DNA from: a candidate division WOR-3 bacterium
GTDB lineage: Bacteria > Hydrothermota > Tepidihabitantia > Tepidihabitantales > Tepidihabitantaceae
Assembly (NCBI GenBank): GCA_016867815.1
Contig: VGIR01000003.1
Coordinates: 2,495-66,494 of the forward strand
Reading direction: 5' to 3'
DNA: 64,000 nucleotides
The notes under the pieces are model-generated. The model was not told the origin of the DNA and ran no database searches. It saw nothing but the letters and a program-made list of their open reading frames with translations. Position 1 is the stretch's first letter; each line of letters begins with the position of its first letter. Position numbers and translations under genes: made by a program. Positions 1 to 9,344 of this stretch are shown in pieces.

Positions 1-319
1 GGTGGCAGCGACGTCGGGGTTCGGCGTGATGCTGGCGTCGTTCATCAAGACGACGCGCCAGGGCGGACCGGTGCTCGGCGGCGGCCTCTCCGTTGCCGGG
101 ATGCTCGGCGGCCTTTTCACCCAGGCAGTGCCCAGCATGCCGGCCGCGTTCAACAAGGTCGCCCTGGCCCTGCCCCAGGGCTGGGTGATTCGCGGCTGGA
201 ACCTGGCAATCGCGGGGCGTCCGCCCGCAGACCTGCTGGTGCCGTTCGGAGTGATGCTCGCCTGGGGCGCGGTCTGCTTTGCAGTCGGCGCGCTGGTCTT
301 CCGGCGCAGGTTTGCCTGA
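1..319 (+). CDS. ABC-2 type transporter permease, C-terminal fragment (5' end outside window)
   Basis: ORF 2..319 encodes hydrophobic C-terminal segments; a full-length paralogous ABC-2 permease starts 4 nt downstream. Confidence 0.45.
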   Translation, partial: VAATSGFGVMLASFIKTTRQGGPVLGGGLSVAGMLGGLFTQAVPSMPAAFNKVALALPQGWVIRGWNLAIAGRPPADLLVPFGVMLAWGAVCFAVGALVFRRRFA

Positions 320-322
320 GCG

Positions 323-1504
323 ATGAGACCGACGCTGGCGATTGCGGCCAAGGACCTGAAGCAGATTCTGCTCGACCGGCGCTCGGCCATCTTCCTGGTG
401 TTGATGCCGGTAGTATTCACCGCCTTCCTCGGCATCGCCTTCCGCTGGCCCGGTCACGAAGACCCGCGACCCGAAGTCGGCGTCTGCGACCTCGATTCGA
501 CCGAACTGAGCGGGCTGGTGACCAGCCAGCTTGAGTCGGGTGGCCTGGTCCAGGTTGAGGAGCTCGGCCGCGCTGCCGCGAGCAAGGTTGACGACCTGAT
601 TCGACGCGGCCGCTACGACCTGGTGCTCGTGGTGCGCGCCGGGTACGCGGAGAGCGCGGCCGCAGGCCCGGCGCTGGAAGCCGTGTGCGACCGGAGCGAA
701 CCGAAGGCGCAGGCGGCTTTGCAGGCGGTCGAGGCGGTCGCCGCCCGGCTGGCCGTCTCTGCGCGCGTCGGGAAACTGGTGGCGGGTCAGGTCGGCGCGG
801 GCGCGAGCGCAGAAGAGATGGCGGTGCGGGCAAGTGCCGGCTGGCAGGAGCCGGCGTTCGCGATTCGGCGCGAGGCCTTCGGGCCGGCCCCGGCAAAGCG
901 GCGAGCGGTGCCCAGGGGGTTTGCCCAGTCGTCGCCCGGCACCCTGGTCCAGTTCGCCATCTTCGGGATGATGACTGCCTCCCTGCTGCTGGTGCTGGAG
1001 CGGCGCAGCCGGACCCTGGGCCGGATGCTCTCGGCACCGGTTTCGCGTTTCCAGGTGATAGCCGGGCACGTGCTGGCGATGTTCACGGTGACGTTCCTGC
1101 AAGGGATCCTGCTCATCGGGCTGGGGCAGTTCGCGTTCAAGGTTGACTACCTGAGCGCGCCGGCCGGGGTGCTGGTGGTGCTGGCGGCGCTCTCGCTCTG
1201 GGTGGCGAGCCTGGGGCTCTGCATCGGCGTGATTGCCAGGACCCAGGAGCAGGTGAGCATGTTTTCGATGCTGGCGATGTTCCTGTTCGCGGCCGGCGGC
1301 GGGGCGTGGTTTCCGCTGGAGATTACCGGGCGCGTCTTCTCGTTCGTCGGCCATCTGCTGCCGAGCGCCTGGGCGATGGATGGGTTCCAGAACGTCGTGC
1401 TGCGGGGGCAGGGATTCGGCTCGGCCCTGGTCCCGGCCCTGGTCATCACCGGATACGCCGCGCTCTTCTTTACGGTCGCGGTCTGGCGCTTCCGGGCAGA
1501 GTAA
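323..1504 (+). CDS. ABC-2 family transporter permease
   Basis: 393 aa; N-terminal TM helix, large extracytoplasmic loop, C-terminal cluster of about 5 TM helices typical of ABC-2/YhgE-type permeases. Confidence 0.65.
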   Translation: MRPTLAIAAKDLKQILLDRRSAIFLVLMPVVFTAFLGIAFRWPGHEDPRPEVGVCDLDSTELSGLVTSQLESGGLVQVEELGRAAASKVDDLIRRGRYDLVLVVRAGYAESAAAGPALEAVCDRSEPKAQAALQAVEAVAARLAVSARVGKLVAGQVGAGASAEEMAVRASAGWQEPAFAIRREAFGPAPAKRRAVPRGFAQSSPGTLVQFAIFGMMTASLLLVLERRSRTLGRMLSAPVSRFQVIAGHVLAMFTVTFLQGILLIGLGQFAFKVDYLSAPAGVLVVLAALSLWVASLGLCIGVIARTQEQVSMFSMLAMFLFAAGGGAWFPLEITGRVFSFVGHLLPSAWAMDGFQNVVLRGQGFGSALVPALVITGYAALFFTVAVWRFRAE

Positions 1505-1513
1505 GAGACTTAA

Positions 1514-1643
1514 CACCAAGACACCAAGGCACCAAGGTCCGGACTCGGGAAGGCTGCCAGGTAGGTCAGAGTAGCCCGAGCGCAAGCGCACGCTCAAGCA
1601 CCTGCCAGCCACAAGCCACAAGCCACAAGCCTCAAGCCGAAAG
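1514..1643. repeat. heptanucleotide tandem arrays (CACCAAG x3, then CAAGCC-type x6-8) in convergent intergenic spacer
   Basis: aacaccaagacaccaaggcaccaagg and cgcaagcgcacgctcaagcacc...ccacaagccacaagccacaagcctcaagcc read directly. Confidence 0.9.
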
Positions 1644-1691
1644 AGAGAGCGGGAGCTTTCGCTCCCGCAATCCAAAGGCCGCGTCCCGAGA

Positions 1692-2777
1692 TCAGCCGCT
1701 GGCGCGGACGTGGAAGATGTCGCCGTCGTTCACGATCTCATCTTTGCCGGCGAGCCGGACAAGGTTCTGGGCGTTCGCCCGCTTCATGCAGCCGACGGCC
1801 ATGAACGTCTTGTGCGGTATCACTTCGGCACGGACGAAAGTCTCGGCCAGGCGGGTGTGAATGGCTCCGGCCGCATCGCGGGCGCAGGTGTTGCGCCGGA
1901 TGGTCCATGCCTTCACTTCGTCTTCTCCGACGGTCAGGAATGATATCAGGCCGACGTGCTCGTAGACTACCCGTGACAGGCGTTGGATGCCGCTTTCGGT
2001 GAAGCCGTATTCGCGCAGGAAGAGTTCGCGGTCAGTCTCGTCGAACTGGCTGATGTCCGACTCGATCTTGCCCGACAGCTCGATGTAGGCGAATCCGTTT
2101 GCCGAGCACTGCTCTTTGACGCAGGCCTGGTCAGGATAGGACTTGGCGCTGAGCTGGTGTTCGTCGGTATTGACCGCGACGATGATTGGCTTGGCGGTGA
2201 ACAGGCAGTAGGTGCCGAGGGTCTTGGACTCGGCCGGAGTCAACTCCTGGCGGCTGACTGGTTGCTCGTCCTCCAACTGCTCGCGGACTGCGGTCAGGAG
2301 CTTGCGTTCCTTCTGCTCCTCGTCGCTGAGCTTGTGGCGTTTCCGCTCCGTTTCGGCGATCCGCTCGAGCCGATTTTCGACTACCGCGAGGTCGCGCAGC
2401 AGCAGTTCGGTGCGGATGGTGTCGAGCTGGGCAGCCGGCGTGTCGCATTTGGCCGGCCAGGCGACCGCGGGATTGACAAAGGCGCGGACCACGCAGAGCA
2501 GGGCGTCCGAGTTCTGGATGAACTGCATCACCCGGCTCTTCTCGCCGCGGGTCGCTTCCAGGTCGAAGCCGGGCATGTCGGTGAACGTGAGGCTGGCCTG
2601 GGTGACCTTCTTCGGGTTGAAGATGGACGCAAGCTCGTCCACGCGCGGGTCGTGGACCAGCGCTGTGCCGGTCACGCCGTCCTTACGCCGCGTCGCCGGA
2701 TCGAGTTGCATGCCGGTGAGGAGTGAGAAGAGAGTCGTCTTCCCGCTCGCCGACAAGCCGAATACGCCAATCACCAT
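1692..2777 (-). CDS. ychF: ribosome-binding ATPase YchF (Obg-family GTPase with C-terminal TGS domain)
   Basis: N-terminal P-loop GxxxxGKT (GLSASGKTT); length 361 aa; C-terminal TGS-like region. Confidence 0.85.
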   Translation of the reverse strand: MVIGVFGLSASGKTTLFSLLTGMQLDPATRRKDGVTGTALVHDPRVDELASIFNPKKVTQASLTFTDMPGFDLEATRGEKSRVMQFIQNSDALLCVVRAFVNPAVAWPAKCDTPAAQLDTIRTELLLRDLAVVENRLERIAETERKRHKLSDEEQKERKLLTAVREQLEDEQPVSRQELTPAESKTLGTYCLFTAKPIIVAVNTDEHQLSAKSYPDQACVKEQCSANGFAYIELSGKIESDISQFDETDRELFLREYGFTESGIQRLSRVVYEHVGLISFLTVGEDEVKAWTIRRNTCARDAAGAIHTRLAETFVRAEVIPHKTFMAVGCMKRANAQNLVRLAGKDEIVNDGDIFHVRASG

Positions 2778-2899
2778 CTGGAGGGTCTCGCTTTCCTGGG
2801 TACGGTTTTGCCTTTGCAGACTACTGCCCGCCGGGTCCGGTTCCAGTCACGGGCGCAGGCAGAGCGCGGGAAGTATAGCAGAAAGTAGGAAGTGGTCAA

Positions 2900-3142
2900 G
2901 AGGTCGAGAGGTCGAGGGATAGAGGGAGAGAGGGATAGAGGGATAGAGGGATAGAGGGATAGAGTGTTCGGACCCTTGGTTCTCTTCGTGATTTCGTGCT
3001 TTCGTGGCAGACTGGTCTGGGTTCTCCCGGTGCCTTGGTGTCTTGGTGGTTGAGTCGGCATGAGGGATCAAGGGATAGAGGGATCGAGGGAGAGAGGGAC
3101 AAAGGGATAGAGGGACAAAGGGATGGAGGGATAGAGGGATCG
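2900..3142. repeat. two arrays of 9-bp tandem repeat GGGATAGAG (about 7 and 9 units) flanking CTTCGTG and CTTGGTG heptamer mini-arrays
   Basis: gggatagagggagagagggatagagggatagagggatagag at 2919-2966 and gggatcaagggatagagggatcgagggagagagggacaaagggatagag... at 3062-3142. Confidence 0.95.
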
Positions 3143-3279
3143 CTGGGAAGGGTTCCAGGGTTCGAGGGGTCCAGTGGCCGACCCAGCCGGAGGTCGTGGA
3201 CCGGACATGCAGCCGGGTAACGATCCGTCGTTCATCGTTCTTGACCCCAGCGGTCCCTGTCGGACAGTGCGTTCATCGT

Positions 3280-3325
3280 CACTTCTGACTTCTGCATTCT
3301 GGTCTCTGACTTCTGACTTCGTCCC
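3280..3325. repeat. CTTCTGA heptamer tandem array
   Basis: cacttctgacttctgcattctggtctctgacttctgacttcg. Confidence 0.85.
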
Positions 3326-3372
3326 TTCCTGGGAGCGTGTCTTTGTGGTTACTCCTCTTCCGGTTCTTGGTC

Positions 3373-3402
3373 CCGGACGATTTCTTGACCGGTGAGCAAA
3401 CG
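3373..3402 (+). promoter_or_regulatory. putative sigma70-like promoter of aspS (TTGACC N16 TAGACT)
   Basis: tcTTGACCggtgagcaaacgcggcTAGACTggcgccATG; short leader. Confidence 0.35.
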
Positions 3403-3418
3403 CGGCTAGACTGGCGCC

Positions 3419-4723
3419 ATGCAGCGTACCTTAGCGGCAGACATCGCCAAGCACATCGGTGAAGAAGTCAAGCTCGTCGGCTGGCTGTTTCAGGTCCGCG
3501 AGCTGGGCTCCATCTCTTTCGTCGTGGTTCGAGACCGTACCGGCACCGCGCAGGCGGTGATTCTCGAACCCGCCAAGCACGACCTTTCGCAACTGAAGCG
3601 CGAGAGCCTGGTCGAGGTGTACGGCACGGTGAAGGCCGAGCCGCAGGCGAAGCGCGGGGCCGAACTCCTGTTCAAGGAAGTCAGAGTGCTGGCCGAGCCG
3701 GTGGCAGAGCTGCCGTTCGAGGTGAACCGCTCCAAGAAGAAGCTGAACCTGAAGATCGACTCGGTGCTCGACCACCGGGCGTTCAGCCTGCGCAACCCGG
3801 AGATAGCGGCGCCGTTCAGGGTGCAGGGAGAGATCGTCCGGACCTTTTCCGACTACTTACGCGGTCTGGGGTTCACCGAGGTGCACACGTCCAAGATCGT
3901 GTCGGCCGGGACCGAAGGCGGGACCGCGCTCTTTCCCATCAAGTACTTCGAGCAGACGGCCTTCCTGGCCCAGAGCCCGCAGTTCTACAAGCAGATGCTG
4001 GTGGGCGCCGGGTTCGAGCGGGTGTTCGAAGTCGGCTTCGTCTACCGGGCTGAGGACCACGCGACCTCGCGCCACATCAATGAGTACCTGTCGCTCGACT
4101 TCGAGATGGGATTCATCGATTCGTACACCGACGTGATTGACGTGGAACGCGGCTTCCTGAGGAAGATGGTCGAGAACATCGGCATGGCCTGCGCGGACGA
4201 GATGGCCTTGCTCAAGGCCGAGTTGCCGAAGACAGGCGACATTCCCGAGATTCGACTCAAGGACGCGCTCGCGATCCTGGCGAAGGACTACAAGCGGGAC
4301 ACCAAGGACATGGTCGACCTCGACCCGGAGGGCGAGCGGCAGATATGCGATTACGCCCTGAAGACGCATGGCAGCGAGTTCGTCTTCATCAGCCGCTACC
4401 CGCGCAAGGCGCGGCCGTTCTACACCATGCCCGACCCGGATGACGAGGAATCCACGCTCGGCTTCGACTGCCTGTTCCGGGGCCTTGAGGTGACGACCGG
4501 GAGCCAGCGCATCCACGACTACAACATGTTGGTGGAGAGTATCAAGCGTATCGGCGGAAACCCGGACAGCTTCAACTTCTACCTGGAGATATTCAGGTAC
4601 GCGATGCCGCCGCACGGCGGGCTGGCCATCGGCGCGGAGCGGCTGACCCAGCAGATTCTGAACCTCGGCAACGTGCGCGAGGCAAGCTTCTTCCCGCGCG
4701 ACCGGTTCCGGCTCACGCCGTAG
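3419..4723 (+). CDS. aspS: aspartate--tRNA ligase, archaeal/type-2 (class IIb; possibly non-discriminating)
   Basis: 434 aa; class II motifs FVYRAEDHATSRHINEY, FRYAMPPHGGLAIGAERL, C-terminal FFPRDRFRLTP closely match archaeal-type AspRS; AsnRS not fully excluded. Confidence 0.8.
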   Translation: MQRTLAADIAKHIGEEVKLVGWLFQVRELGSISFVVVRDRTGTAQAVILEPAKHDLSQLKRESLVEVYGTVKAEPQAKRGAELLFKEVRVLAEPVAELPFEVNRSKKKLNLKIDSVLDHRAFSLRNPEIAAPFRVQGEIVRTFSDYLRGLGFTEVHTSKIVSAGTEGGTALFPIKYFEQTAFLAQSPQFYKQMLVGAGFERVFEVGFVYRAEDHATSRHINEYLSLDFEMGFIDSYTDVIDVERGFLRKMVENIGMACADEMALLKAELPKTGDIPEIRLKDALAILAKDYKRDTKDMVDLDPEGERQICDYALKTHGSEFVFISRYPRKARPFYTMPDPDDEESTLGFDCLFRGLEVTTGSQRIHDYNMLVESIKRIGGNPDSFNFYLEIFRYAMPPHGGLAIGAERLTQQILNLGNVREASFFPRDRFRLTP

Positions 4724-4822
4724 CCGCGTTTCACGCACAACGCACGATACATCACTCCGGAGCGGCTGGGTCGGATTTCGGCGTCAGGCTTCAGGCGTGA
4801 GGCTCCTGCCGCCCGCGCCTGT

Positions 4823-4851
4823 TTGACTCTGTTCGGAGGGCCGTCTAGAAT
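4823..4851 (+). promoter_or_regulatory. putative sigma70-like promoter (TTGACT N17 TAGAAT)
   Basis: gtTTGACTctgttcggagggccgtcTAGAATtg upstream of the secreted peptidase gene. Confidence 0.45.
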
Positions 4852-4893
4852 TGTAGAGTGACAGGAGAATGCCAGTACCAGGAGAATAGTGTG

Positions 4894-7053
4894 ATGAAGA
4901 TCTCAGCAGGGCTGATGGCCCTTTTTGTCTTGGCCGTGGCGATGCCGATGCCGGATGCCGGAGCGACTCCGCCCAACGCCGTCCCGTTCGCAACCGCGCG
5001 CCAGGTCGCGCTTAACCGGGCGGCGATCGAGTACCCGGGCGCCCGGCTCGGCACCGTTGTCCCATACGTCGATGAGGACGGGAACGCTGTCGCCTGGATG
5101 TTCCACTTCCGGGTTGACGGGAAGGAGTTCCCGAGATACGAACAGGTCGCGGCCGACGTCCAGGCCGAGCGGCAGACCCTGACCGTGAACACCGATCTGT
5201 CACGCTGGCGATCGCAGTACAGCCACATTCTCGTGTCGGCGCGCCGCGACCGGGCACCGGTAATCCGCTTCGGCTACGGCACTTCCGAGTACTACGCGCT
5301 GGCATCCAGGGCGCAGTCGCGGGCAAGGCAGATGCTCGGACCTGATGCCGGATTGACGCGCATCTACTATGTCAGTCCCACCACCTATCTCGAGTTCACC
5401 AACCGGGCGGGCAAGACGGCCGTGTTTAGCCAGCACTTCGAGCGGACTTGGGATTCGCGTGAGGAGTTCGCCGGTTACGTGACGGAGGCGCGGGCGCAGC
5501 TCCGGCAGCAATACCCGGGCGAGGATGCCGCGGCCGCCAAGCACCATAGCGCACTCTGGGACCGGGCGCTCGACGGCAAACTGGGCAGGTTCAGCGAGGT
5601 ATTCGTGCCGAACATCGGGCTCGCCCCTTTCTATGACTGGAGCTACGGGTGCACGCCGACCTCGGGCGCGATGGTCTGCGGCTACGTGGACCGGGTTCAG
5701 AAGTCGGGCCGGCTGGTAGATTGGTACGTCCAACGCTACGACGGGGTCGAGGGAGAGAGCGACTGGCAAATCCCCAACGTGCAGCGGGAATGCGCCATCG
5801 AGATGAACACCGACACGACGTTCGGCGGTACAAGTATCCTCTTCATTGCCAACGGTCTTCTCCAGGTCGGGTACAACAACGACTACAACGGCTGGGCAGT
5901 GACGAACGTCACGGGCCGGACCAGCAACGACTGGGCCTGGTCTACTATCACCTCGCAGATCAACGCCGGCCACGCGATGATCTGGTCACCCCTGTGGGAG
6001 GCACATTCGCTGGCCTGCTTCGGGTACCGCACCGAGGACAAGTACGTGTACGTCCACAATACCTGGTGGATGCCGGCTGAGTGGTGGGCGCATTCGGGCA
6101 GCGACGTATCTCATGTTGCTGCCGTCACCCCCGACGCCGGAGATGCACGCAACATCCGGCTGACCTATCCGCTGGGTGATACGTTCTACAATTCGACCGG
6201 CCGCGGCGAGGTGCTATACGTCGGCGATACCGTACGCATCACCTGGGAGAGCGGCACGCCGGGCACGAGCGTCGATATCGATGTCTCGACCGATGGCGGG
6301 GCGACCTGGCAGGTCGCGGCCGCCGATGTGGCCGACAGCGGCGCATATCACTGGTACATACCGCCCTCCATTCCCACCTGCGATTCGGTCCGGCTGCGGG
6401 TAGGTCAGTACAGTGGGTCGACTCTGACCTCGGCCGACGGCACGTTCGGTTGTTTCCACGTGCTGAAGGAGCCGGTGCCGCCGCCGCAGATTGCCCCGCC
6501 CAACGGGTTGCCGATACCCTCGGACAACCTCCCGGTTGTACTTGAGGTCGACTCGGTCCGGGCGGCCTGTGACAGCATTCACTTCAAGCTGGTGCAGGGA
6601 CTCGACACCCTGCTGGAGCAGAACGGCACCACGGCTCATTTCCTATTGCCCGATTCCATCCTCAAGTTGAACAAGATCTACAAGTGGATAGTGCGGGGGC
6701 GGAACCAGTGGGGATGGGGCAAGTGGGGCACGCCGTGGTCGTTCCGCGTTGTGGCAGCCGGCGCTCAGGAAGAGAAGCCGTCCGCCGTTCTGCCTGTGTT
6801 CTTGGTGCCGGCAGTGAGTCGGTTGGGCGCCGGCAGCGTCCAGTTCGACGTGCGCATGGCAGCGCCGGGCAGCAAGTTGATTGTGTATGACGCATTCGGT
6901 AGCCTCATCCGCGAACTCGTGGTGGCGCAACCGAGTCGGCTGGCCTGGGACATGACCGATGCGAGCGGCCGGAAGCTGGCGGCCGGGCTCTACTTCGCCC
7001 GCCTTGCCGGTGGCGCGAACCAGCCGAGCGCGAAGCTGGTCCTCCTCGACTGA
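4894..7053 (+). CDS. secreted peptidase C39-like domain protein with Ig-like/GPI-anchored-type beta-sandwich domains and T9SS C-terminal sorting domain
   Basis: start taken at MKISAGL (signal peptide); motif YGCTPTSGAMVCGY resembles peptidase_C39-like Cys site; C-terminus ...LIVYDAFGSLIRELV...GLYFARL...KLVLLD matches Por secretion tail / FlgD-Ig-like pattern. Confidence 0.6.
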   Translation: MKISAGLMALFVLAVAMPMPDAGATPPNAVPFATARQVALNRAAIEYPGARLGTVVPYVDEDGNAVAWMFHFRVDGKEFPRYEQVAADVQAERQTLTVNTDLSRWRSQYSHILVSARRDRAPVIRFGYGTSEYYALASRAQSRARQMLGPDAGLTRIYYVSPTTYLEFTNRAGKTAVFSQHFERTWDSREEFAGYVTEARAQLRQQYPGEDAAAAKHHSALWDRALDGKLGRFSEVFVPNIGLAPFYDWSYGCTPTSGAMVCGYVDRVQKSGRLVDWYVQRYDGVEGESDWQIPNVQRECAIEMNTDTTFGGTSILFIANGLLQVGYNNDYNGWAVTNVTGRTSNDWAWSTITSQINAGHAMIWSPLWEAHSLACFGYRTEDKYVYVHNTWWMPAEWWAHSGSDVSHVAAVTPDAGDARNIRLTYPLGDTFYNSTGRGEVLYVGDTVRITWESGTPGTSVDIDVSTDGGATWQVAAADVADSGAYHWYIPPSIPTCDSVRLRVGQYSGSTLTSADGTFGCFHVLKEPVPPPQIAPPNGLPIPSDNLPVVLEVDSVRAACDSIHFKLVQGLDTLLEQNGTTAHFLLPDSILKLNKIYKWIVRGRNQWGWGKWGTPWSFRVVAAGAQEEKPSAVLPVFLVPAVSRLGAGSVQFDVRMAAPGSKLIVYDAFGSLIRELVVAQPSRLAWDMTDASGRKLAAGLYFARLAGGANQPSAKLVLLD

Positions 7054-7076
7054 GATAGTCCGACGCTAAGAAACTA

Positions 7077-7105
7077 AGGGTCCGGATTCCGGACCCTCTT
7101 GCTTG
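7077..7105 (+). terminator. rho-independent terminator
   Basis: AGGGTCCGGattCCGGACCCT followed by CTTGCTTG. Confidence 0.6.
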
Positions 7106-7173
7106 TGGCCTTTTGCCTCCGTGGCCAGCCCCTTCTGGTTCCGGCGCGCGGGTGGGCTCGGCCAGGAGAGGAG

Positions 7174-8427
7174 TTAGTCGACGGGTTCTGGAGCTGGGAC
7201 TATCGTCGGTCTCGGGTGACGGAAGGCCGGCAGGGCAATCAGGGCGCCCACGAGCACGATACCCGCGCCGAAGAAGAACGGCAGGTTGATGTGCAGACCG
7301 TATAGCCAGCCGGCCAGCACCGGGCCGACTATCCTGCCGAGCGAGTCGAAGGAACTGACCACGCCCATCGTCGCGCCCTGCCCGGCATCGGTCTGCTTCG
7401 ACACGGCAGAACTGAGCCCGGGTCGGACCAACGAACCACCGGCCATGTTGAGGGCCACGAACACCGTTAGCGAAACCAGGTTCCATGACTGCGTCAGGAG
7501 TATGAAGCCGATGGCGGTGCCGACAAGTCCCGCGAGGATGAGACGGTTCTCACCGTAGCGGTTGATCGCCGGGCCGACAAGCAATCCCTGCATCAGCACC
7601 GACACGACGCCGATGACGGTGAAGACCAGCCCCATTTCACGCGGTCCGAACCCGAACCTGTCGAGGGAGAAGTAGGCGAAGATGCCCTCGAGGTTGGCCG
7701 CCGCGAAGCTGGTCAGGAAGGCGATGACGAAGTAGATCGCGAGCTCGCTCCTGAGCGCGTTGGCCAGCTCCCGCAGGCGGTGCGGCTTCTTCTCCCGAGT
7801 GCCGGTGACACGTCGCTCGCGGGGAAGACTCTCAGGCAGGTATGCCCAGGCCAGGGGAATCAGAAGGGCCACCAGTCCGGCCGCCACGAAGAACGGCGCC
7901 TGGAAGCTGTTCGTGAAGTGCGAGACAGACCCGCCGATGGCCGGGCCGAAGATGACGCCCGCACCCATTGCGGCGCCGAATATCCCCATCCCTGCTCCCC
8001 GCTCGTGCTCACCGGTTACGTCCGAGATGAACGCCATCGCCGTGGGCAGAACCGCAGACGAAAGGATGCCGCCCAGGACCCGGGAGACAAAGAGCATTGC
8101 CACGCTGCTAGCGAAGCCGTTGACGAGGTGCGACAGCATGTAGCCGACGAGGCCGATCATGAGTACCGGTTTGCGGCCGATGCGGTCCGAGACCGTGCCC
8201 CAGATCGGGGCGAATATGAATTGGAAGAATGAGAACGTAGCCATAATCATGCCGAGGTGAAGCGACGTCGCTCCCAGGGACTTCGCATACATGGGTAGTA
8301 CGGGTATGATGATGCCGAACCCCATCATCGCCACGAAGAGGCCGAAGAAGAGTATGGCTACGCTGCGGTTTTTCAATAACATGCGCAAGACGATTAGACG
8401 CGCGACACCAGCAGGCCGGTTCGCCAA
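7174..8427 (-). CDS. MFS transporter (DHA1-like multidrug/tetracycline-efflux family)
   Basis: 417 aa, 12 predicted TM helices, MFS motif GxxSDRxGRKP (GTVSDRIGRKPVLM) after TM2. Confidence 0.8.
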   Translation of the reverse strand: MANRPAGVARLIVLRMLLKNRSVAILFFGLFVAMMGFGIIIPVLPMYAKSLGATSLHLGMIMATFSFFQFIFAPIWGTVSDRIGRKPVLMIGLVGYMLSHLVNGFASSVAMLFVSRVLGGILSSAVLPTAMAFISDVTGEHERGAGMGIFGAAMGAGVIFGPAIGGSVSHFTNSFQAPFFVAAGLVALLIPLAWAYLPESLPRERRVTGTREKKPHRLRELANALRSELAIYFVIAFLTSFAAANLEGIFAYFSLDRFGFGPREMGLVFTVIGVVSVLMQGLLVGPAINRYGENRLILAGLVGTAIGFILLTQSWNLVSLTVFVALNMAGGSLVRPGLSSAVSKQTDAGQGATMGVVSSFDSLGRIVGPVLAGWLYGLHINLPFFFGAGIVLVGALIALPAFRHPRPTIVPAPEPVD

Positions 8428-8539
8428 AGCGTCAGCGCGGTCCGCGGCGATCGACCCGCGGGCCGGAAGTGGTGAGGCGTTTGGATGCGGGGGCCGCCGT
8501 TGTCTCTGAGCATGCCCCTCCCCGAAGTCGTGGAGGAGG

Positions 8540-8574
8540 ATAAACGAGAAACCGGGGCAGCAGGGCCGCCCCGG
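8540..8574 (-). terminator. rho-independent terminator for minus-strand gene 8596..9018
   Basis: minus strand reads CCGGGGCGGCCCTGCTGCCCCGG followed by TTTCTCGTTTAT. Confidence 0.5.
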
Positions 8575-8595
8575 TATGCAGCCTAGGTCTGTGGT

Positions 8596-9018
8596 CTATT
8601 GCTGCGGAGGGACAGGCGGGGGCGCGGGCTGGTAGGCGTCGGTCCGGTCGGCCGGCTCGTTCTTGCGCGCTACCCGGATGATGGCAAAACAGGCAAGCAT
8701 GGCCAGGCCGATGAATCCGAAGATGAATCCGCCGGTGTAGTCATTGCCCTGTCTGGCCATCTCGCCCGCGAACAGGGCCAGCCCGAAGGCAAAGAGTATA
8801 GCTCCGGTGATTAGCAGGCCGTAGTAGTTGCCCTTCTGTTTGCGGGGCGGAGGCGGCATCATTCCCTGTTCTATCATCTTCATCCGTTCTTTGTGCCGCC
8901 GGTTCACAACCGCCAGGACAATGGCCAGCAGGGCGATAATCGCCAGTATTGCTGGCGCGAATACCAGCGTGACGACCACAATCCCGGTCGCCGAATCAAG
9001 GAAGGCAGATGGGGTCAT
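8596..9018 (-). CDS. hypothetical small membrane protein with proline-rich C-terminus
   Basis: 140 aa, three hydrophobic helices, PPPP/APPPVPP tail; no recognisable family. Confidence 0.4.
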   Translation of the reverse strand: MTPSAFLDSATGIVVVTLVFAPAILAIIALLAIVLAVVNRRHKERMKMIEQGMMPPPPRKQKGNYYGLLITGAILFAFGLALFAGEMARQGNDYTGGFIFGFIGLAMLACFAIIRVARKNEPADRTDAYQPAPPPVPPQQ

Positions 9019-9030
9019 ATCAGGCTCCTC

Positions 9031-9324
9031 TCACTTACTGATTTCCGTGAGCCGCGCCACCGCACCCACGCTCAATGGACGCGAAGCGCGTACGACGATT
9101 TCACTCACGACGTTGAAGGAGCGGTCGGCCGTGCACACTATCTCCGGCATCAGACCGACCGCGCGACGGGCGGTGCTCTTCAGGGCAAAGCCAAGGGCTA
9201 TCCCGAGCACCAGCACCAGGGCTGGCAGCGCTACCAGCAGGGCTGTCTTGTGGCTGTTTCTGACTTGTGCCATTTCGCCCGTAGGACGTCCGGGCTTGCC
9301 AGTTTGTTGCGCCGGGTGTAACAT
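9031..9324 (-). CDS. hypothetical protein (start uncertain)
   Basis: 97-aa ORF with one TM helix upstream of the 140-aa membrane protein on same strand; weak support. Confidence 0.2.
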   Translation of the reverse strand: MLHPAQQTGKPGRPTGEMAQVRNSHKTALLVALPALVLVLGIALGFALKSTARRAVGLMPEIVCTADRSFNVVSEIVVRASRPLSVGAVARLTEISK

Positions 9325-9344
9325 CCGAGGCAGAACGGCGTCTT

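Noticed and set aside
417-1146. Multiple long antisense and overlapping ORFs (e.g. 417-1037 minus, 685-1146 plus, and many similar ones window-wide such as 3857-4738 minus, 11118-12020 minus, 45798-46769 plus, 53922-55514 plus)
   Set aside because: They have Arg/Pro/Ala-rich composition typical of out-of-frame translation of high-GC coding sequence. They overlap well-supported genes on the other strand or frame and have no domains.
4858-4893. Track start MTGECQYQENSV for the C39-like peptidase
   Set aside because: The internal ATG at 4894 (MKISAGLMALFVLAVA) gives a canonical signal peptide; the upstream 12 codons are probably 5' UTR.
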